From contig DATIDO010000550.1 in assembly GCA_035456245.1 (NCBI GenBank), forward strand, positions 1 through 28,944: DNA of 28,944 nt. Reading direction: 5' to 3'. Under the pieces are notes generated by a model. The model ran no database searches, had not been told where the DNA came from, and saw only the letters and a program-made list of their open reading frames with translations. Source of the stretch: Polyangiaceae bacterium (GTDB lineage Bacteria; Myxococcota_A; Polyangia; Polyangiales; Polyangiaceae). How positions within the stretch are numbered: position 1 is the first letter of the stretch; every line of letters starts with the position of its first letter. Of the stretch, positions 17,720 through 24,334 are shown in pieces. A program made the translations under genes and the position numbers.

Positions 17720-18106
17720 ATGGCAACCAAAAAGAAGAGCAAGAAAGTGGCGCGCAAGGCGCCGAGCTCTCGCGCGACGGTCGGGGCTCTGCCGCCCACG
17801 GTGAGGCAGGGTGACAAGGCGGCATTCGTCCGCTCGCTGCCGCGCAGCATGGCTGCAAGTGAAGTGGTCGATCGCGCGGCAGTCCTGTCGATGGTGATCT
17901 CCAAGGCTTACGTGCACAACATCCGCTCGGCTGCGAACAAGGCCGCACGCTCCCTGATGGCCCGTGAAGGCAAGAAGACCCTGAAGGGCAGCCGAGGTCG
18001 CCTGGAGAGTCAGTTCCGCGAGCTGGTGGTCAGCCTCGGACCCGCTCGGGCCAAGAAGCTGCTGACCCAGGTCGAGGTGTCACTGGCCATCGCGGCCAAG
18101 CGCTGA
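17720..18106 (+). CDS. Small, highly basic hypothetical protein, putative DNA-binding/nucleoid-associated
   Basis: 128 aa with 15 K + 14 R versus 7 D/E. AAGGAAAG ribosome-binding site upstream; GC3-biased codons. Lys-rich N-tail MATKKKSKKVARK and helical core KAAFVRSLP..AASEVV..ISKAYVHNIRS. Confidence 0.8.
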   Translation: MATKKKSKKVARKAPSSRATVGALPPTVRQGDKAAFVRSLPRSMAASEVVDRAAVLSMVISKAYVHNIRSAANKAARSLMAREGKKTLKGSRGRLESQFRELVVSLGPARAKKLLTQVEVSLAIAAKR

Positions 18107-18218
18107 GGTCGCGTCACTCGCTGACGTCGCGTCACTCGTTGACGTCGCGTTGCGCGTTGCGCGTTGACGTCGCGTTGCTCGTTGGCCAGCGCGCTGTCGT
18201 TGGCCAGCGCAGCCAAGT
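18104..18218. repeat. 18-bp tandem repeat array starting at the stop codon of the basic-protein gene
   Basis: tgaggtcgcgtcactcgc / tgacgtcgcgtcactcgt / tgacgtcgcgttgcgcgt / (tgcgcgt) / tgacgtcgcgttgctcgt / tggccagcgcgctgtcgt / tggccagcgcagccaagt. Confidence 0.88.
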
Positions 18219-18251
18219 GTCGAGGCCATGAAACGACTCGGGCCCGCTGGA

Positions 18252-18298
18252 GCACCAAACCGTTTGCCGCGAGGCAAACCGTTTGGTGCGACCAAACG
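18252..18298. other. 17-bp hairpin with GNRA loop and a competing 8-bp hairpin
   Basis: gcaccaaaccgtttgcc-GCGA-ggcaaaccgtttggtgc (one C:C mismatch). The alternative cgtttggt-gcg-accaaacg (18280-18298) uses the same 3' arm. Confidence 0.8.
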
Positions 18299-18300
18299 AG

Positions 18301-18415
18301 CAAAGAAAGAGCGCCGCTCGTGCAGCACGATGGGCCGGAGCAAGCAAACAGGGCCTCCTCACCTTTCGAGGAGGCCCTGTTTGCTCGCGACTTCCGGGCA
18401 AACCGAGCGGCGCTC
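18301..18415 (-). terminator. Extended hairpin with U-tract, probable intrinsic terminator of bfr
   Basis: 12-bp outer stem 18309-18320/18404-18415 enclosing a perfect 18-bp stem 18343-18360/18368-18385. On the - strand the outer stem is followed immediately by TTTCTTTG. Confidence 0.6.
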
Positions 18416-18472
18416 AAGTGCGGGCCCGGGCGGCTGCTCCACTCGCGAGGAGCAGCGTGGTTGCGGCATGTC

Positions 18473-18949
18473 TCAGGAGATGTCGCCGATCATCTGGGCG
18501 AGGTAGCGCTCCTTGCCCAGCTCCTGGATCATCGCGAGGTGAGCCTCGAGCCAATCCACGGCTTCTTCTTCTTCCTTGAGGATCTTCTCGAACAGCGCGC
18601 GTGAGCCGTTGTCCGCTGCGGCGGTCGCCGCTGCGATGGCGCGGTTGAGGCGTGAAACGGCCTCGACCTCGAGCGCGAGATCCACGGTGTGAATTTCCAG
18701 GATGTCCTCGCCGACCTTCACCGGATTGAGGCGCTGCATGTTGGGCACGCCTTCCAGGTACAAGATCCGATCGATCACCTCATCGGCGTGGCGCATCTCC
18801 TCGATCGACTCCTTGCGCTTGTAGTCGGCGAGGCGCTTGTAGCCCCAATTCTTGAGCATCTTGGCGTGAATGAAATACTGATTGATGGCCGTGAGCTCGG
18901 CGGTCAGCACTTCATTCAGCAGCTCGATGACTTTGACGTCGCCCTTCAT
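18473..18949 (-). CDS. bfr: Bacterioferritin (heme-binding Met52 present; His130 replaced by Ala)
   Basis: [61 protein letters not shown]; 158 aa colinear with E. coli Bfr numbering. Confidence 0.95.
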   Translation of the reverse strand: MKGDVKVIELLNEVLTAELTAINQYFIHAKMLKNWGYKRLADYKRKESIEEMRHADEVIDRILYLEGVPNMQRLNPVKVGEDILEIHTVDLALEVEAVSRLNRAIAAATAAADNGSRALFEKILKEEEEAVDWLEAHLAMIQELGKERYLAQMIGDIS

Positions 18950-19446
18950 GCTTCTGGTCTACCCCAGCTCACAGCGGGAACCCAGCAGAAATTGGCTCGC
19001 GCAACGCGCACGGTCACGCTAGCGACATTCGTTTTCATTGCCTGCATCGGGCCCGCGCCGCTCGAGCGATCCGACGTGTGTCGATACGGCGCGCCATCGA
19101 TCGACGAATGAATCGCGAGACCTCGTGCACAAACGATTGGCTCATGATTGTCGTTCGAAACGCGACTCTCGATGCGCCCACTCGGACCCCGAGCACGACC
19201 TGAGTCGGCCCCTCGGCGACCCACCGTCGCCGGGTCACTCCTCGAGGTCCGGGATATCGGCCCCCCCAGCGTGGGATCGGCCTCGTGAGTCACCCATGCT
19301 CGGCCCCGAGCCCTCCGAGTGGCCCCCTCCAGGAGGGTGCCAGCCCACCCGAGCTCACACTGCGAACGATTCCCTTTTGCTCGTTCCGACCGACCCGCCA
19401 GGAGGACTTCCGGCTATCTATCGAGATCCCCTGACTATTTTCTGAT

Positions 19447-19465
19447 ATTGAATGTCGTTTTCAAT
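19447..19465. promoter_or_regulatory. Putative Fur box upstream of bfd
   Basis: ATTGAA-TGTCGTT-TTCAAT palindrome in an AT-rich island about 54 nt before the bfd ATG. The 17-mer TTGAATGTCGTTTTCAA matches 14/17 of the deltaproteobacterial Fur consensus as I recall it (WTGAAAATNATTTTCAW). Confidence 0.65.
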
Positions 19466-19518
19466 CTGATACAAGTTCGGCGTCGGTTCCGACCGCCCCC
19501 CAACCGACCCAGCCCGCC

Positions 19519-19734
19519 ATGCTCATCTGCCACTGCCGCGCCGTCCACGACCGCAAAATCCGGGAGCAAGTCCTCGGTGGCGCTCAGACCGTGGGCCAGG
19601 TGGGCCGTGCAACGGGCGCTGGGACCTGCTGTGGCGGCTGTGTTCCGGCGATTCGCGAGATCGTCGAATCGGTCGGCCGCCCCCTGCCGGTGGTCGAATA
19701 CGGCTCGGTCTACGACGTCATCGCCGCGGAGTAA
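19519..19734 (+). CDS. bfd: Bacterioferritin-associated ferredoxin ([2Fe-2S])
   Basis: MLICHCRAVHD...GAGTCCGGCVPAI (C-x-C and C-x2-C ligands); 71 aa; adjacent to bfr. Confidence 0.92.
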   Translation: MLICHCRAVHDRKIREQVLGGAQTVGQVGRATGAGTCCGGCVPAIREIVESVGRPLPVVEYGSVYDVIAAE

Positions 19735-19825
19735 GCAGCCGCAGAAAGAGCGGCGGCCGATGTCGCCCTCCGAAGGGGCCGCGCGACTTTGACATCGCCC
19801 GCGCTCTGAACGAGCGTGCCTCGCC

Positions 19826-21307
19826 ATGAGTCATCGCATCCTGGGCCCCTCGCTGGGGCTCTCGTTGGCAGTACTCGGCGTGACCCGCTTCGCCGTTGGT
19901 GGCGACCAGCCCACCACTCCGTCCACCACTCCGTCCACCACTCCATCCACCAGCCGGTCCACCAGCCCTTCCGCCTCCCCTCCGGCGGCGGCCAGCCAGC
20001 CAAGCCCCGCCGCAACGCCCGTTCCGCGCCTGGAGGTCGAGCAGTACCAGCTCGGCTCGGGGCTCACGGTGCTGCTCAGCCCCGACCACCGGGTCCCCAT
20101 CGTCGCCACCGAGATCGTGTACCTGGTCGGCTCCAGCTACGAGGTCGCGGGTCGCACCGGCTTCGCGCACCTCTTCGAGCACCTGATGTTCCAGGGCTCC
20201 AAGCACCACGACAGCGAATACTTCGCGCCATTCGAGCCCATCGGCGCCGAGGTGAACGGCACGACCAGCCAGGACCGCACCAACTACTACGAGCAGGTCC
20301 CGCGCCAGTACGCGGAGCTGCCGCTGTGGATGGAGTCCGATCGGCTGCGATCGCTGGCCGACGTGCTCAGCCAGGAGAAGCTCGACAACCAGCGTGAGGT
20401 CGTGAAAAACGAGCGGCGCCAGCGCTACGAGGTCACCCCGTACGGCATGGACCATTGGTACCTGAGCGAGGCCCTCTACCCGCCCGGACACCCGTACCGC
20501 CACACGCCCATCGGCTCCCACGAAGATCTGAGCGCGGCCACTCTCGACGACGTGCGCGCCTTCTTCCGCCAGTACTACGTCCCGGCCAACGCGGCCCTGG
20601 TCGTGGCCGGCGACTTCGAGGTGCCCGCCATGAAGTCGCTGATCGAGAAGTACTTCGGCGACATTCCGGCCGGCACTCGAGCACCGCTCCCGAAGGCCGA
20701 CGTCCCCGTGCTCACCCAACGCAAGCACTTGGTGGCCGAGGACGACGTGGAGCTACCGCGCGTCTACTTGGCCTGGCACACCCCGGCGCTCTTCGCGCCA
20801 GGTGACGCCGAGCTGGATCTGCTCTCCAACGTGCTGAGCGACGGCAAGAGCAGCCGGCTGTTCCACCGCCTGGTCTACGACCGCAAGTTGGCGAAGGACA
20901 TCACCGCCTATCAAATGTCGCTGCGGCTCTCGAGCATGTACGTCATCGAGGTGACGGCCGCGCCGGGTGTTTCGGTCGATCGATTGGCCCGTGAACTGGA
21001 CGAGGCGCTGGCCGCCGCGCTGGCCACGCCGCCGACCGAGAGCGAACTGACGCGGGCGCGCAACTCGTTCAAGAAGGACTTCTTCCACCGAGTGGAAGGC
21101 ATCGGCGAAAAGGCCAGCCTGATTGGCTCCTATTTCCTGCACTCGGGCCGCGGCGACTACGTGGCCCAAGACTACTCGCGCTACGTGACGGCCACGCCTG
21201 CGAGCATTCAGGAGACCGCGCGTCGTTACCTGGATCCCAATCGCTCGGTCCGACTCGATTTCATCCCCGGCAAGAAGGACGCCGCCGTCCGTGAGGTGAC
21301 CCCGTGA
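19826..21307 (+). CDS. M16 (insulinase/pitrilysin-family) zinc peptidase, catalytic subunit, with signal peptide
   Basis: GRTGFAHLFEHLMFQGS (HxxEH at 20168-20182), VNGTTSQDRTNYY, VVKNERRQR (third Zn ligand), YPPGHPYRH, YYVPANAALVVAGD. Confidence 0.93.
   Translation: MSHRILGPSLGLSLAVLGVTRFAVGGDQPTTPSTTPSTTPSTSRSTSPSASPPAAASQPSPAATPVPRLEVEQYQLGSGLTVLLSPDHRVPIVATEIVYLVGSSYEVAGRTGFAHLFEHLMFQGSKHHDSEYFAPFEPIGAEVNGTTSQDRTNYYEQVPRQYAELPLWMESDRLRSLADVLSQEKLDNQREVVKNERRQRYEVTPYGMDHWYLSEALYPPGHPYRHTPIGSHEDLSAATLDDVRAFFRQYYVPANAALVVAGDFEVPAMKSLIEKYFGDIPAGTRAPLPKADVPVLTQRKHLVAEDDVELPRVYLAWHTPALFAPGDAELDLLSNVLSDGKSSRLFHRLVYDRKLAKDITAYQMSLRLSSMYVIEVTAAPGVSVDRLARELDEALAAALATPPTESELTRARNSFKKDFFHRVEGIGEKASLIGSYFLHSGRGDYVAQDYSRYVTATPASIQETARRYLDPNRSVRLDFIPGKKDAAVREVTP
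19911..19970 (+). repeat. 12-bp tandem repeat x5 encoding a PSTT linker after the M16 signal peptide
   Basis: ccaccactccgt ccaccactccgt ccaccactccat ccaccagccggt ccaccagccctt. Confidence 0.88.
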
Positions 21308-22869
21308 AGCCATTCCTCCGTTCCCGTTCGGTTCGCTCGGCGTCGGGCCCGTCAGCCGCCTTCGCTCGCGCCTCGGTCGTCTCCGCTGCCGCGTTGTCGG
21401 GTGCTGCGTTGTCGGCTGTCCTGCTTGGCGGCTGCGCGGAACCTCCGCCACCCGCCGAGCCTCCGCCGCCCCCGCCTGCAGCGGTTCAGCCTTCCGTCGA
21501 TCCTCGCTACGCCGAGCTGCCTGCGCCTTCGGCTGCGAGCCCCTGGGCTCCGCCCGCGGTGCAATTCAAGACGCTGCCCAATGGCCTGGGCGTCTGGCAC
21601 CTGCAACAAGCGGACGCGGCGCTCGTCTCCATCCACGTGGTGGTCCCGGTGGGTGCCTCCACCGATCCGGCAGGGAAAGAGGGCCTGACGCTGCTCACGG
21701 CCGATCTGCTCGACGAAGGAGCAGGCAAGCTCGACGCGCTGAAGCTCAGCGACGCGCTGGGCGCGCTGGCCACCGATTACCAGGCGAGCGCGGGTGTGGA
21801 CTACGCGCTGCTCACCATGAACGCTCTCGGCGAGAACTTCGAGGCCTCGCTCGATCTGTTGGCCGACATCATCCGGCGGCCGCGCTTGGACGCAGCCGAG
21901 TTCGCGCGCCGGCGCGATCACCACGTAGCTCAGGCCATCGCCCGTAGCTCCAGCCAGCAGAGCCAGCTCGCGGCGGCCTACCACAGGGTGCTCTTCGGCA
22001 AGGGTTACGCCGGTTCGCCGCCCGAGGGCACTCAGGCCAGCCTCGCGGCCATCACCCTGGCCGACGTGAAGGCACGAGCCAAGTCCTTCAACGTCGCACA
22101 AGGCAGTCATGTGGTCGTCGTGGGCGGCATCGACGCCGGTCGTGTCGAACGCGCCGTGGCCCGCGCCTTCGGCGACTGGAAGGGCAAGCGCGAGAGCCGG
22201 CCGGTCCAGGCCGAGGCGCCCACGGCCAGCAAGACCGCCTACGTGGTGCCCTTCCCGGGCGCGGCTCAGTCGTCCTTGGCCGTGCTCACGCGCGCTGGTT
22301 CGTCGAGTGACCCCAACTACTTCGCCGAGATGGTGATGAACCGTCCCGTGGGCGAGGCCTTCACGGGCCGCATCAACCTGAACCTGCGCGAGGACAAGGG
22401 CTACACCTACGGCGCGTTCAGCACGTTCCGTCGTTACCGTCATGGCGGCTACTTCGGTGTGGTCGCCAACGTGAAGAGTGACGTCACGGCTGCCAGCGTG
22501 CAGGAGATCCTCGGCGAGCTCGCCGCCGTGTGTGGCGAGCGGCCACTCACCCAGCAAGAGCGCGACGAAGCGGTCGACGGTCTGCTGCTCGGCTACCCGC
22601 TGCGCTTCGAGCGCGTGGACGAGATGGGGACCCAGGTCGCCAGCTTGCCCATCTACGAACGCCCGGTGGACTTCTGGCAAAAGTGGCCCAGCGCGGTGAG
22701 CGGCATCGGCACGGCTCGCGCCAACGAAGCCGCGCGCCCCTACTGCGATCCTGCTCGCTACCAGGTGATCGTCGCCGGCGATCGCGCCGTGGTGGCGCCC
22801 GGGTTGGAGAAGCTCGGCTACACCATCGAGGAGTTGCCGCGGCCCACCGCACCCGCCGCGCCCCACTGA
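21304..22869 (+). CDS. M16 family peptidase-like subunit lacking HxxEH, predicted lipoprotein
   Basis: GTGA overlap with the upstream M16 gene. Lipobox LGG-C44 followed by a Pro-rich linker. LPNGL, DPAGKEGLTLLTADLLDEGAG (no Zn motif), RINLNLREDKGYTYGA (R/Y substrate-binding pair). Confidence 0.9.
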   Translation: MKPFLRSRSVRSASGPSAAFARASVVSAAALSGAALSAVLLGGCAEPPPPAEPPPPPPAAVQPSVDPRYAELPAPSAASPWAPPAVQFKTLPNGLGVWHLQQADAALVSIHVVVPVGASTDPAGKEGLTLLTADLLDEGAGKLDALKLSDALGALATDYQASAGVDYALLTMNALGENFEASLDLLADIIRRPRLDAAEFARRRDHHVAQAIARSSSQQSQLAAAYHRVLFGKGYAGSPPEGTQASLAAITLADVKARAKSFNVAQGSHVVVVGGIDAGRVERAVARAFGDWKGKRESRPVQAEAPTASKTAYVVPFPGAAQSSLAVLTRAGSSSDPNYFAEMVMNRPVGEAFTGRINLNLREDKGYTYGAFSTFRRYRHGGYFGVVANVKSDVTAASVQEILGELAAVCGERPLTQQERDEAVDGLLLGYPLRFERVDEMGTQVASLPIYERPVDFWQKWPSAVSGIGTARANEAARPYCDPARYQVIVAGDRAVVAPGLEKLGYTIEELPRPTAPAAPH

Positions 22870-22873
22870 GACC

Positions 22874-24334
22874 ATGGCCACATCGCGCCGCTCCGTCGCT
22901 CGGCTGCTGCTCGCGCTGCCGCTCGCCCTCTCGGCGAGCGCCGTGCAGGCCGCGCCGGGCGGAGGCGCAACGCCCGCCGCACCGTCCAAGGGCACGGCAG
23001 CGCCCTCCAGCACTGCAGCACCCTCTAGCCCCGCAACGACCGCCAGCGCCGCGGCATCCGCCAGCGCTGCGACCGAAGCACGAAGCACCCTGGCCTCGCT
23101 CGCGGCCCAGCTGCAGCGACTCCAGGTGGCTCACCCGGCCTGGGTGGTCGTGGGTCCCGTCGAGTCGACCCTCGAGCCCGCGCCCGAACCGGCTCAGCTC
23201 GAGCGCCTGCACGAGCGTCTGAGGGCCACGATCGGCTCGGCTGTCGTACCCATGCAGGCGCTGTCGGCGCGGGCGTTGAGCCGCGCGGAGGCGCGGGCAA
23301 CGGCGCGCACCTTGGGTCGCACGCTGCTCTACCTGGCTCCCCGGATCGACGGCGGCACCTTGGTGGTGAGCGCCGACGTGGTCGAGTGGTCGAAAGACTT
23401 CTGGCAGCGTGCGCGAGCGCCCGAGGGAGTCGTTCTGGCGCACGCGGTGCTCGCGGCGCCCATCGACGCCGAGGTGCGCAGTCACTTGCCTCGTCCACGC
23501 GGTTGGTTCGAACGGCGCGCCAGCGTACCGGCGCCCTCGGGCGACGTGCATGCGCTGGCTTGCGGCAACGACGAGGCCGGCGCGCCGGTCCTGTGGTTGG
23601 TGGGGCGGCGCGAGGTGGCGCTCGGTCGCTTCGAGCAAGGCCGGCTGCAGGTGGCAGCCAGGCGCCCTTGGTCCGAGCTCAGCCCCATCGCGGGCACGCC
23701 CCTGCGCGCTCCCCTGATCACGGCCGTGCTCCACGAGGGCACGGCCTGGATCGGCTCGAGCGATCGCGCTCGCTTGCTCGTGCTCGATCAGCGCCTGGCG
23801 CCCCAGCTCGAGGCTGCACGCGGCTGGCCGCTCGGCAACGCGCGCTGCGCCTCGTTCACCTCGACCGGCATCGCCTCCGGCTCGGCCCCTTGTGACGGCG
23901 CACGGCCCGCGGCTGCCGAGCGCGCTGGGGCCGCACGCGCTGGGGCCGCAGGGTTGCGCCTCGAGCGCTCCTTCGCCCGCGCCGATGGGGTGCTGCTCCA
24001 CTACTCGGCCTGGTTGCCCGCCAGTGGCGAGGCGCTCCGACTCGACGTGCGCTCACCGCTCGGTGCCGATCGCAGCTGGTCGCTCGACGCCGGCAGCGCC
24101 ATAGCGCTCGATGATCTGGATGGCGACGGCAGCGTCGAGCTGATCAGCTCGGCGCCCGTCGAAGACGGCGCGAGCGACGTCCTGCGCGTGCACACCCTGA
24201 CCGACGCAGGCCCCCAGCCCCGTTTCGAGCTACCGCTGCCCCACATCCGCGCTGTCGCCGTCTGCCCCTTCGAAGGAGAGAACCCCCTCACCGTCGTGGC
24301 AGCGAGCGCCGATCGCATCTGGGTGCTTTCGTGA
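22874..24334 (+). CDS. Secreted hypothetical protein with one FG-GAP/VCBS-like DxDGDG motif
   Basis: Signal peptide MATSRRSVARLLLALPLALSASAVQA, A/S/T/P-rich linker, and LDDLDGDGSVELI near the C-terminus. It lies 4 nt downstream of the previous gene and overlaps the next by GTGA. Confidence 0.75.
   Translation: MATSRRSVARLLLALPLALSASAVQAAPGGGATPAAPSKGTAAPSSTAAPSSPATTASAAASASAATEARSTLASLAAQLQRLQVAHPAWVVVGPVESTLEPAPEPAQLERLHERLRATIGSAVVPMQALSARALSRAEARATARTLGRTLLYLAPRIDGGTLVVSADVVEWSKDFWQRARAPEGVVLAHAVLAAPIDAEVRSHLPRPRGWFERRASVPAPSGDVHALACGNDEAGAPVLWLVGRREVALGRFEQGRLQVAARRPWSELSPIAGTPLRAPLITAVLHEGTAWIGSSDRARLLVLDQRLAPQLEAARGWPLGNARCASFTSTGIASGSAPCDGARPAAAERAGAARAGAAGLRLERSFARADGVLLHYSAWLPASGEALRLDVRSPLGADRSWSLDAGSAIALDDLDGDGSVELISSAPVEDGASDVLRVHTLTDAGPQPRFELPLPHIRAVAVCPFEGENPLTVVAASADRIWVLS

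Noticed and set aside
18104-18218. CRISPR array interpretation of the 18-bp repeats
   Set aside because: Repeats are directly adjacent without unique spacers, are too short, and no cas genes are present.
18946-19445. 115-aa (-) and 135-aa (+) ORFs in the bfr-bfd gap as full proteins
   Set aside because: Weak GC3 bias and no motifs; more consistent with a regulatory region.
23921-23950. 15-bp direct duplication (RAGAA x2) in the secreted protein
   Set aside because: Only two copies in a probable loop; likely neutral slippage.
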